Positions 31,501 to 40,500 of a DNA stretch of 64,000 nt are shown here, one piece after another. How positions within the stretch are numbered: position 1 is the stretch's first letter; each line of letters opens with the position of its first letter. The stretch is from the NCBI GenBank assembly GCA_963422375.2, contig OY729427.2, positions 1,312,001 to 1,376,000 on the forward strand, written 5' to 3'. Source of the stretch: Bryobacterales bacterium. Lineage in GTDB: Bacteria > Acidobacteriota > Terriglobia > Bryobacterales > UBA6623. The position numbers were made by a program, and so were the translations under genes. The notes under the pieces were generated by a model. It was not told where the DNA came from and did not search any database. It saw only the letters and a list, made by a program, of their open reading frames with translations.

Positions 31501-32457
31501 GAGGACATGCGCGTCGACTATCCGAAGAGCGTCAGCAGCGTGGTCGACGGCCGCTTCACGCTGGCGGGTGTCGGCTCGACGAGCATTCTGAACGGCGACC
31601 TGCTGATCTCGCGGCTTTCGCTGGCGGAGAACCTGTCGTTCGCGGACCTGTTCGCGGACTTGCAGCAGCCGGAAGGCGTTCCGGTCGCCGCCTCGATGCT
31701 GCAGGGGATGCAGGTTAACGTGCGTATCGGAGCGGTCTCGCAGCTTCCCGTGGAGACCGAGCTGGCGCGCAACGTCGCGGCGGACCTCGACCTCAACGTC
31801 ATGGGCACCATGGCCGCCCCCTCGATTCTCGGCGAGATCGGCATCGCGCAGGGAGAGCTGAACATGCTCGGCACGCGCTACCGCATCAATCGCGGGGACA
31901 TCCGCTTCGTCAACCCGCTCAAGCCCGAGCCCGTGCTGAACGTCGAACTCGAGGCGCGCATCCGCGATGTCGATCTGGCGCTCGTGCTGTCAGGGCCCGC
32001 CGGGGCGCTGGACCTGAGCTACCGCTCCGACCCGCCCCTGCCGTTTCACGACCTCGTGAGCTTGGTGGCGGTGGGCAAGGAGCCCACGTTCGACCCCACC
32101 CTGGCCACGCGCCGTCGCATCGAGCAGCAATCCGTGGTGCAGACCGGCGCCGACGCCCTCCTGAGCCAAGCGCTCGCCCGGCCCATGTCCCGTCGCATGC
32201 AGCGGTTTTTCGGCGTGAGCCGCCTCAAGGTGGACCCGCAGGTCGGCGGGCTGGAGGCAAATCCCAGCGCCCGGATCTCCACGGAGCAGCAGATCGCGGA
32301 CGACCTCACGCTGATCTACAGCTACGACCTGTCGTCCGCGCAGCAGCAGGCGATTCGCATCGAATGGAATCCCGACCGCCGGTGGTCCTTCGTCGTGACC
32401 CGCGACCAGAACGGCCTCGTGGGCTCGGACATCCTCTACCGGGTCCGGCTGCCGTAG
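28507..32457 (+). CDS. Translocation/assembly module TamB-like protein
   Basis: N-terminal anchor, long beta-rich AsmA-like body, C-terminal DUF490-like (GDIRFVNP..PVLNV..YRSDPPLP); GTGA overlap. Confidence 0.85.
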   Translation: MTNRLPGARRARLALVLLALAGLGWGGFEALLHTDWLLERVRAALVRELSLATGGSVCLAALQFGDSRLSIEIEGLQIEGLGPAGSPPLLTVPRATAIVGWRTLLGGGAYLEELRIHGPVVRAAFGEAGDSNLPRPSGPGQPGVIAIRRLEVLGGQVVWNGRPYGMALSGSGLEIVATLDESARAYRVDARISDAQWSGEGLRPLQGATGSLRAVADSQGVEIQEASLRGSEFSLEASGRLRNLQSPRFEGRWRAAAVLPALAALWHLEAPGLAGLARLEGDLEWDLTAGQASYRAKAAATGIEVAGLDLQADLEADLTGDSEGVELTGISGSALGGLVAGRARLRGPWDAPSLEATATSTGVSLRDLAHLAGIEAIPWGGTLDTRAEVAGSLSQGLAVDLGFSIHPAAAPARLPLAGGGSLRFLTHDGSVSVSGVKLTARDASLAVAGTVDAELRAHLEVVASMDSRQAVETILGSVRPTAALPVALPDARYSFRGTLRGGLSGATDAVLEGDVSAEDILLGGESWERFSMRGSLSPAGLEILDGRLTDSGGWISVRGTLPFDTDREMDLAVSARSVESAKLARSAGFDLPVSGASAIEAQMSGSLARPVAAATISVEAPRVLGESLDMLEAELQYAAGKLQLAQAAFRRGESVLRATGSIARESREFELDIASNFWTLDKFAWPGSRVPGVAGNLQFEVAAAGQLGSGNRLDSLEIDGSWELSELRRGDLSLGHWSGVARSMRDRPNVDFEWSANTLGGVVRGDASVWPGEPSAYRGKLDFSDISIPRAAALADLPVFKSEGVLTGRADFSGEAGDIATFEMDGIIERAELRLAAAEGPAVRITNIFPMHWGVKEGALRFDSMNLAGPDTDFAIDGSVEFGGQRNLDVGLDGTLNLALLNGFLQGVAADGAARVRLRMLGTLDNPSLEGSVAFVDASARGLGLPLRLTAINGSVSFADGQGRIERLTAASGGGTFRVDGVVALRGSRLEYRFDATAEDMRVDYPKSVSSVVDGRFTLAGVGSTSILNGDLLISRLSLAENLSFADLFADLQQPEGVPVAASMLQGMQVNVRIGAVSQLPVETELARNVAADLDLNVMGTMAAPSILGEIGIAQGELNMLGTRYRINRGDIRFVNPLKPEPVLNVELEARIRDVDLALVLSGPAGALDLSYRSDPPLPFHDLVSLVAVGKEPTFDPTLATRRRIEQQSVVQTGADALLSQALARPMSRRMQRFFGVSRLKVDPQVGGLEANPSARISTEQQIADDLTLIYSYDLSSAQQQAIRIEWNPDRRWSFVVTRDQNGLVGSDILYRVRLP

Positions 32458-32467
32458 GCCTCGCCCG

Positions 32468-33550
32468 TCAGGCCAGCTTCAGCGAGGGCTGGGCCGCGAG
32501 GTCGAACCCGTCGGTCTCCCCCCGCAGCAGGCGCGGGTACGCCGCCGCGGCGATCATGGCGGCGTTGTCGGTGGAGAGGGCTAGGGTTGGAAAGTAGCAC
32601 GGCAGGGGGAGGGACGAGAACGTCGCGCGCAGCCCGGAGTTCGCAGCGACGCCGCCGGCCACGATCACGGATTCGACGCCCTCGTCCTCTGCGGCCCGCT
32701 CGGCGCGCCAAAGCAGCTCGCTGGCTACGCGGCGCTGGAAGGAAGCGATCAGGTCCAGGACAGCCTTGCTGGAGGATTCGCGCAAGGCGTCGATGGACGG
32801 GCGGCCCGCGGCGAACAGCGCCCGCCTCCGGGCGATCTCCCGCTCTAGGCCGGCGCCCGTGACGTAGCGACGCACCGCCGTCTTGAGGCCGCTGAAGCTC
32901 ATGTCGAGGCGGTTGCCCTTCATCCGCGCCGCTGGCAGCGCCACGCCGCCCGGATCCCCGAAGGGCGCGAGCCTGTCGAGCACGGGACCTCCGGGGTACC
33001 CGAATCCGAGGAGCTTCGCAACCTTGTCGTATGCCTCGCCGGCAGCATCGTCCCGGGTGCGCCCCAGCAGGCGGTAGGAATACGCGCCTTGGGCCGGGCG
33101 CTCGGCGACGAACATGTGGCTGTGGCCCCCGCTCACCACCAAGGCGAGCGCCGGAAATTCCACCTCGCCGCCACCGGCGCAACGCTCCAGAACGACCGAG
33201 TGGATGTGCCCCTCAAGATGGTTCACCCCGAGCAGCGGCAGGCGAAGCGAAGCGGCGAGGCCCTTGGCATAGGTGATGCCGACGAGCAACGCTCCAATGA
33301 GGCCGGGCCCGCAGGTAACACCGATGGCGTCGATGTCTCGGTAGCCTAGCCCCGCCCGGGCGAGGGCCTCGCGCACTACCGGGACGATCGCCCGCAAGTG
33401 CTCGCGGGACGCCAGCTCCGGAACGACCCCGCCGAAGGCCGCGTGGACGTCGAATTGCGACGACACCACGTTGGAAAGCAGACGGTCACCGCCCGCGACG
33501 ACAGCCGCTGCCGTTTCGTCGCACGACGTTTCAATGCCAAGAACATTCAT
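32468..33550 (-). CDS. tsaD: tRNA N6-threonylcarbamoyladenosine (t6A) transferase TsaD
   Basis: [58 protein letters not shown]. Confidence 0.97.
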   Translation of the reverse strand: MNVLGIETSCDETAAAVVAGGDRLLSNVVSSQFDVHAAFGGVVPELASREHLRAIVPVVREALARAGLGYRDIDAIGVTCGPGLIGALLVGITYAKGLAASLRLPLLGVNHLEGHIHSVVLERCAGGGEVEFPALALVVSGGHSHMFVAERPAQGAYSYRLLGRTRDDAAGEAYDKVAKLLGFGYPGGPVLDRLAPFGDPGGVALPAARMKGNRLDMSFSGLKTAVRRYVTGAGLEREIARRRALFAAGRPSIDALRESSSKAVLDLIASFQRRVASELLWRAERAAEDEGVESVIVAGGVAANSGLRATFSSLPLPCYFPTLALSTDNAAMIAAAAYPRLLRGETDGFDLAAQPSLKLA

Positions 33551-33561
33551 GCGACCAAGTG

Positions 33562-33595
33562 GAGCGCCCGCGGGCCCAGAGGCCCGCGGGGGCTC
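33562..33595 (-). terminator. GC-rich hairpin just upstream of tsaD start (no U tract)
   Basis: CCCGCGGGCC-CAGA-GGCCCGCGGG at 33567-33590. Confidence 0.45.
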
Positions 33596-33720
33596 GGATT
33601 GCGCTTGCGCGCGTCAGGTTACGGTACCGGTAGCACCCTAGGAACGGCGAGTAGCCGGTCTACGGCAACTGTGTCCCCGTACTGGCAATGACGGGGAATC
33701 GGAACGTCGGAACAGGAAGG

Positions 33721-33777
33721 TCAGCGCTCGGCCACCTCGCCCTCCAGATTGGTACTACCGGTGATAGTGTCGTTCAT
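33721..33777 (-). CDS. 18-aa small ORF MNDTITGSTNLEGEVAER (putative leader peptide)
   Basis: AAGGAGGTGATCCAG (33782-33796, minus strand) directly upstream of ATG. Confidence 0.55.
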   Translation of the reverse strand: MNDTITGSTNLEGEVAER

Positions 33778-34659
33778 TTGCCTGGATCACCTCCTTCCGC
33801 CAGTGATGCCGCTATGTTAGCGCACAGTCGGGCCGAAAGTCTCTCCCCGGCGCTCTGTCCTGGCGCGGCGATAGGGGCTTGCCGTCGATAGCTCCGGCGA
33901 ACTGTCGCGAAGGCACGGCTAGCCGGCCGCCCCGAAGGTCCGCACCGACGGAATCGCCCCAACCCGTTGCAAGTCCAAACGGCCTAGGAAGCGGGCATCT
34001 CGCTCTAGCTGCCTGCGGCTTCTTCGACGGAGGTCCGAGGGGAACCTGCAAGGACTCCGAGTCGCTTGGCCCCGTTCGTCGCGTCTGAAACGGTTGCTCG
34101 CCGCAGATCGCGCATGTCCGCGCAGCATGGCCCCGTTTCGCAGGGGCTCCGTCGCTAGGCAGCCAGAGACACAAATGAGATGAAGCGACTAGGCCGGGAG
34201 TTTCAAGCCAGACCCTCGCGGGGAGGAGGCCCCGCTTGCAGTCGGGCCGGGCGTGCATCTCTGGCGCAACAGGCACTGATCAGCGAAAGAGACCTAGCTT
34301 GCCGGGAGAGCCCGCGGTCAAGCGAGACGACTTGGCCACTCTGCCCTCCCGCCGCACCCGGACCGCTGGTGCAGCCGAATCGCACGGGCCGTCGCAGACT
34401 CCCTCCTGCGATGAGGCCAGTGCCTGAAACGGCGAACCTCCGTCCGTGCCTAGGACCACCTCATGCCCCCAACACGGTCGATTGCGCACAACGAAGTCGA
34501 CCCTCCACCTGACCACTCAACGGCACCGTCACTTTCGCAAGTGCTATGATGCTGGCTGCGAGGAAAAGGGGAATGCCTGCCACCCTCCCCTCGATGCGGC
34601 CGGCTAGCGCCTTCCAACCGTCAGCACTCGCTCTCCACCAACCGCTTGCACTTCCTTTG

Positions 34660-35424
34660 ATGTCTCGCCCGAGTCCAAGGCAGCCTGACGTCAAGCTCCT
34701 ATGGGGACGAGCCGCGTCCCGTTGTTCGTTCCCAGCTTGCCGACGCGAATTATCCATCGACTCAAACTCTGGCCCAAAGATAATCGGTAAGCAGGCACAT
34801 ATCGTCGCCTACAGTGACAATCCGAATGCGCCACGCTCCTGCTCATCCTATTCGAAACTATTAAGAAATTCCTGCGAGAACTTAATCCTCCTATGCGGCA
34901 CTCATCACGATATCGTTGATAACGATGAGCAAACCTACACGATAGAGGCGCTGCGTACAATGAAAATCACACATGAGAATTGGGTGAACGAATCTTTGCA
35001 AAGCAGCTTCTCCACAGTCGGGTTTCAAGAACTGGATTCGCTAATCCAGAGTCTCCTTCCATTGCCGACGCCACAATCTACAGCACAACCTGATTTCGAG
35101 ACAATACCCTTGAAACAGAAGATGAATCGCAATAGCCTCACTAAGTCAATTGAGTTCCGACTATCACTTGGTCTCAGTCTCACAAGCCATGTCGAGAATG
35201 TCGTATCTGATCGCTCCCTAACCGACAGCGGTTTTGCCAACCGAATTCGAAAGTTACTTGTGCAAGAGTATAGCCGCCTGTTTGCCGGAGGAATGTCAGG
35301 GGATTCGCTCTTTCATAGTCTGGTCGAATATCTGACTCCCTCTGGTCACTCATTCGACAGCGAGGTTGCAGCGCTTGGGATTCTCACCTACTTTTTTGAG
35401 AAGTGTGAGGTATTTGAGAAATGA
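34660..35424 (+). CDS. HNH endonuclease effector with ABC-3C C-terminal domain (LmuA-like)
   Basis: KLLWGRAASRCSFPAC, AHIVA, ENLILLCGTHHDIVD; C-terminal YFFEKCEVFEK. Confidence 0.85.
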   Translation: MSRPSPRQPDVKLLWGRAASRCSFPACRRELSIDSNSGPKIIGKQAHIVAYSDNPNAPRSCSSYSKLLRNSCENLILLCGTHHDIVDNDEQTYTIEALRTMKITHENWVNESLQSSFSTVGFQELDSLIQSLLPLPTPQSTAQPDFETIPLKQKMNRNSLTKSIEFRLSLGLSLTSHVENVVSDRSLTDSGFANRIRKLLVQEYSRLFAGGMSGDSLFHSLVEYLTPSGHSFDSEVAALGILTYFFEKCEVFEK

Positions 35425-35648
35425 TACTTCCCAAAAAGCATGTCAGAGTCAAGGCATCATTGCTTGGTCTGGGTGCTGCAATCATCGAAGAACTTGAGAG
35501 ACCCATGACAGTCAATCATCTATGGAATCAGTACCATCAAAGACATTCTAGTGTGCCCTTCGTGCGCTTCGCTCTGGTGCTTTCGTTCCTGTTCACTCTT
35601 GGCGTAATCGAAGAAGATCAAGGATTGTTGCAGAGGCAAACGAGATGA
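35421..35648 (+). CDS. ABC-three-component middle component (LmuC-like)
   Basis: MILPKKH..SLLGLGA..PMTVNHLW..FALVLSFLFTLGVIE; ATGA overlaps on both sides. Confidence 0.82.
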   Translation: MILPKKHVRVKASLLGLGAAIIEELERPMTVNHLWNQYHQRHSSVPFVRFALVLSFLFTLGVIEEDQGLLQRQTR

Positions 35649-37408
35649 TTCGATGCGTATCGTCCAACCAAACTGGTTTCCAGCCGATCCGATTCAAGAA
35701 CGGTCTAAACGTCGTTCTCGCAGACCGAACTATCGAAGAAACAAGGCAAGATAGTCGGAATGGTTTGGAAAAATCGTCACTGGTTGAAGTGATTCATTTC
35801 TGTCTTGGTTCGCGCTTGCAACGAAGAAACCTGTTGAAACACTCCGCGCTCAGAAACTGGGAATTCTCTCTTGAACTTGAGTTTGATGGCAGATCACTGT
35901 GGGTATCAAGAGACACTGGCTCGCAAGAGAATGTCAAGCTTCATGGCGACCTTCCGAGCCGCTTTACGGATGAGTCTAAGCCGCACTCTGACCGAGACGT
36001 TGTGATCAGTTTGGAGCAATGGAAATCTAGTCTTGGTGGATTGCTCTTTGGTATTGCCGAGTTAGAAAAGATCAAGTACCCGCCCACTGCACGTAGCCTA
36101 ATGTCCCATTTTGTGCGTCGGTCCCCAGAAGGGTACTTGTCACCGTTTGAGTTTCACAAGAAGCAAAGAGTTGTGGATCGACAAGTGAATCATTCGTTTC
36201 TTCTCGGGCTTGAGCACAGCCACGCAAGTTCATTTCAGGAATTGAAGGACAAGAAAAATGCAATTGCTTCCCTCAAAAAGCTGGCCTCGAGCGGCCACTT
36301 GGGAGAATTGTCTGGTTCGATTGGAGAGCTGTGGGCACGTAAACGGCGACTACAGAAGATGGTTGATGATCAAGACCGTCAACTGGCGACGTTTCGCGTT
36401 CATCCTCAGTACAACGAAATCACCAAACAGGCGAATGATCTTACTGTCAAGATACAGGCGACAGTAAGGGAAAAACTTAACAGTGAGAGATTGCTTCAGC
36501 TCTACAACCATGGCCTTGACGGGGAGATGGAAACGCTGACAAGTCTTGAATCGGCCGAAGCAAGCATTTTTGAAATGTACAAGACTGTAGGAGTTCAACT
36601 GCCGGGATTGGCACGTAAGAGGATCGAGGAAGTGCAGAGCTTTCATAGGACAATTTTGGCAAATCGACAGGAGTTTCTCAAAGAAGAAGTCGACCGGATC
36701 CAGCGAGACTTGGTTGAACTGAATAAACGAATTCAGGAGTTGAGCGACAAGCGAGCAACGCTAGTTCAGGTCCTTGAGAGCCATGGAGCACTCGAGGAAT
36801 TCACTGGGCTCCAGAGGATTCAAGCAGATGCTCGAACTAATCTGAATGCCGTTAATGAGAAGATTGACCTCTTGGAAAGGATGAATGACAGGATGAGCAA
36901 GCAAAAAATCGAATTAGAGAGTCTCGTGGTTCGCGCAAATCATGATCTGGTAATTCGAAAGTCCATGCGCGATCTTGCAATTGATCTATTCAATGCCAAT
37001 TCACAGTTTCTATACAAGGCTCCCGGAAATCTTGCCATCGATATTGATCGCACCGGCTTCAAGTTCAACATCAACATTGAGCGATCCGGCAGCCACGGTA
37101 TCGACAACATGAAGATTTTCTGCTACGATCTCATGCTAGCTCAGCTGTGGGCGGAGAGGAATCCCAGCCCCGGATTCCTAGTTCACGACAGTACGATCTT
37201 CGACGGTGTCGACGAGAGGCAGGTGGCCCGCGCGATCGAGAGAGCCGCCAGCGAGTCCCGGAAGCGCGGTTTCCAGTACATCTGCATTCTCAACAGCGAC
37301 ACCCTTCCCAAGGATGACTTTTCGCCCGGATTCAACATAGAGGAATTCGTGCGCTTGAGATTGAATGACGCGAGCCCCAGCGGCAGCCTGTTCGGCGTTC
37401 GCTTCTGA
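35645..37408 (+). CDS. SMC-like ABC ATPase (DUF2326, LmuB-like)
   Basis: FKNGLNVVLA, NGLEKSSL, coiled coil, SHG..MKIFCYDL, FLVHDSTIFDGVDERQ, LFGVRF. Confidence 0.9.
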   Translation: MIRCVSSNQTGFQPIRFKNGLNVVLADRTIEETRQDSRNGLEKSSLVEVIHFCLGSRLQRRNLLKHSALRNWEFSLELEFDGRSLWVSRDTGSQENVKLHGDLPSRFTDESKPHSDRDVVISLEQWKSSLGGLLFGIAELEKIKYPPTARSLMSHFVRRSPEGYLSPFEFHKKQRVVDRQVNHSFLLGLEHSHASSFQELKDKKNAIASLKKLASSGHLGELSGSIGELWARKRRLQKMVDDQDRQLATFRVHPQYNEITKQANDLTVKIQATVREKLNSERLLQLYNHGLDGEMETLTSLESAEASIFEMYKTVGVQLPGLARKRIEEVQSFHRTILANRQEFLKEEVDRIQRDLVELNKRIQELSDKRATLVQVLESHGALEEFTGLQRIQADARTNLNAVNEKIDLLERMNDRMSKQKIELESLVVRANHDLVIRKSMRDLAIDLFNANSQFLYKAPGNLAIDIDRTGFKFNINIERSGSHGIDNMKIFCYDLMLAQLWAERNPSPGFLVHDSTIFDGVDERQVARAIERAASESRKRGFQYICILNSDTLPKDDFSPGFNIEEFVRLRLNDASPSGSLFGVRF

Positions 37409-37550
37409 TGTTCCTGCCGGATGGCAGGCACCTCCCGACCCCCCTCGGCGTCGGGCGTTAGCCTAGCGCATGGGCCGCGGGAGCCCGCGGGCAGAGCGCC
37501 GCCAAGTACGCCCTCTCGTTCAGGGACCTGCAATGCGTCCGGAGCGAACT

Positions 37551-40500
37551 TCAGAAGTCGAAACGCAGACCGAACTGGACCGACCGCGGGCTGTTGCATT
37601 GCGCGAATACGCGTCCGAACGAGGCCGCGCTCCAGTTCCTGTTGGGATCGCAGAAGACCGTGCGGTTGAACGCATTGGCGATCTGCGTCTCGAAGCGGAG
37701 CTTGAACTTCGGGCTGACCCACGCGTCCTTGAAGAGGCTGAAGTCCTCTGAAACATGACCGAAGCCGCGCACGAAGTTCATCGTGCGCGACGCGTCGCCG
37801 AACTGCAACGGGCCCGGATCTGCAAACGCGAACCGGTCGAAAACGCTGTCGGCGGCGACGTCCAAGGACCCGCCGCGGTCGATCCGCACGCGATTGCTCA
37901 CGACATCCGGGCGCTTCTGCCCGTTGTGGAGGAACGGCTGGAGATCGTTCGCCATGACGACGTTGACCGGAGCGGCGGACTCCACCCGCAGCGCCCCCGA
38001 CACCGACCAGCCGCCGAGCACCTTGGCCGCCAGGCCGGGCGAGCGGAAGAACGGCACCTCGTGGGTGAAGGCCGCCAACACGCGGTGCGGCACGTCCTCC
38101 GCGCTCAGGCCTCGCTCCAAGGAATGAGTGTCCGACGGATTCTGCGGACCATGCCCGAGCCCGTCCGCGACCCGCGTCCGGCCCGCGCCCATGCCGGTCA
38201 GCTTCGACCACGCGTAGCTGGCGTGGAGGTGGGCCCCGGCGGAGAAGCGCTTCTCGACCCTCGTACGCAGAGAATGGTAGAAGCTGTTGCCCGCAGGCAC
38301 GTTCAGGTACCCAATGTTGAGCATGTGAGGAAAGGGGCGCAGGGACTGCGCGACTGTCCGGGCGAAACCGCGATAGGGCAGGTCCACCCCGGTCGCCAGC
38401 GACGCAGAACCCGCCCGCGACGCTAGCAGGCTCGGCCCCAAGTCCAGAATCGAATTGGCGTTCGCGTTCGCAGCCGGACCCAGCACGCGCCGGTCGGCGA
38501 TGAGCCGACTGCCCCGGTTGCCTTCGTATGACAGATCCACCGTGGCCGTGCGCGTCAACTGGCGCTGGATTGCAAGCGACCAGCGCTGGATTCTCGGCAG
38601 GGTCGCACGATCCCGCGTCACGGCCACCGGCGAGGTATTGTTGCCGATGGATGGGTCGATGGACGGGGGCAGGACGATGTTGGACGGCGGGAATCCGTCG
38701 TCAAGGAAGTAGGCCGGATGCCGGCCGTTGCTGAGATCGTTCGCGGTGGCGTGGAACCGGAATCCGAGCGTATTGACCGCCTCCAGCTGGGCGTGCGGAA
38801 CGGAAGAATAGTAGATACCGTAGGCACCCCGCACCACCGACCGGTCACCTGCGCGATACGCAAAGCCGGCACGCGGCCCGAAGGCGTCCTTCGGCGGCGA
38901 TTCCAAGGTTCTGGTGCCCGTTCGCCCCGGCCCTTTCCCGGCGAATATCATCGCTCCGAGGCGGCCGCCCGCTCGCGGATTCGGCACGTTCGGGTCGAAC
39001 GTGGACATGTTGTCGTCCCGCTCCCTGAGCGCTGACTGGAAGTCGAAGCGAATGCCGAGAGTCAGAGTCAGGGAGGAGGTCGCCCGGTACTCGCCCAGGA
39101 CGCTCCACGCCACGAAGCTCTCCGTGATCGTGGGAGAGTCCGGAATCTGGAAATGGGTCGCGTTGACCTGGCCCAGCAGGAAGGATGCGAACGGATCCCC
39201 GGTCGAGGTCATGTTGTGTCCGCGGGCGTCGAAACCACCCGTATGCGAGCGATGGAAGTCGAAGGTCCCCGATACGTTGTTCGCCCATCCCCGGAACGGG
39301 TACCGGTGATGGCGGAACTCCGCGCCCGTCTTGAAGGTGTGGCGCCCCCTGACCCAAGTCACGTGATGCGCGACGCTGTACTGGTGATTCGCGAGGAAGC
39401 CCGCGCGCCCCCATTCGCTGCCAATCGGCGAGTAGCGGGTGTTCCCGGCGAAGGTCAGTGCGGGCGCGCCCGCATCGGTGGCTAGCAACCCGTTGCCTCC
39501 GGCACCCCAGAGCCTGTCCTGCCACCCGGCCCCTGCCGAAATGGCGTGGCCGCGGACATGGAATTCGTCGTAGCCGACGGTCACCTGGTTCAGCAGGTTC
39601 GGAGCTACGGCCCACACCAAGCGCTGTCTAAGGTGATGCGTGGTAACGTCTTCGTACACTCCCGTGCCGTAATAGTCCGCGTTCGCCTCGGGCCTGCCGG
39701 ACGGGTCATGCGACACCCGGCAGCCGGCCGCGCCGCCGCAATTCCGGACCGCCGGATGGCTCGCCCGGCTGAAGTCCGTGGCAGTGCGAAAGCCGCGGGT
39801 GAAGGAATGGTCGAGGCGAAAGAAGTGGCTGGGCGCATCAAGCACCCATATCTGGTCGCCGACCGGATTGCCCTGCACGTTGAACTCGAGCCCCGGCCGC
39901 TGCGGCTCGACCATGAACGGCACGACGCGGGACGAGACCCGGCTGCGCATCGGATGCGCCTTCGGAATCGCATTGTTCGGGAACGCATCGCGCGCGGGCA
40001 CGCCCCTATGGGTGCGCGTCGAGGCGGGATCGAAGATCTGGCCCGCCAGAATAGCGCGGCCAAGTGCATCGGACGCGACCGTCCGGCCGGTCAGGAGCCG
40101 CCCGAAATCCCCTTGCCTGAATGACTCCACCGGCACCGAGTTGCCGAATCCCGATTGCACGCCGGAGCGCACGGACAGGCGGTCGTAGTGATACGAGAAA
40201 TACGTCTTGTCCTTGACGACCGGACCGCCCACGAAGGCACCGAAAGCGTTCCGCCTGGCCTTGCCCCTGGCGCCGAAAAAACCGCGGGCGTTGAGGATGT
40301 CGTTGCCCAGCCGGTAGTAGAGGCCGCCGTGAAACTCGTTAGTGCCTCGCTTGGCGGGGAAAGCCAGGAAACCGGCCCCCGCGCCGCCCGGTGCGCGCGC
40401 CCGACGCGCTTCGGTCACCCGGTCGCGCGACTCCTCGACCGGCAGATTCGCGTGCCGCACTCTCGCGGCCGCGCGCCTCCCCTCCCCGGGATGCAGTAAT

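Larger units (their letters stand above)
33562..33808 (-). ncRNA. Candidate structured leader RNA upstream of tsaD
   Basis: Long imperfect stem 33729-33762 with 33626-33657, inner hairpin 33674-33697, TAACAT -10-like box at 33814-33819 (minus strand). Confidence 0.55.

Noticed and set aside
28677..31718. 1013-aa and similar long R/P/G/A-rich ORFs (also 4388-5962, 23289-24839, 42410-44443, 56816-59014, 60780-63107, 61127-63553)
   Set aside because: Alternative-frame or antisense shadows of real genes in high-GC DNA.
33619..33777. Selenocysteine read-through of the small ORF's TGA
   Set aside because: Would give a 52-aa product with no recognisable redox motif and no clear SECIS hairpin directly after the UGA.
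33782..33796. 16S rRNA gene fragment
   Set aside because: Only the terminal 15 nt match; flanking sequence lacks other 16S motifs (e.g. AAGTCGTAACAAGG). Better read as an extended SD on the minus strand.
33820..34659. tRNA/tmRNA/integrase attachment site for the defence operon
   Set aside because: No recognisable RNA gene, direct repeat or credible ORF found by eye.
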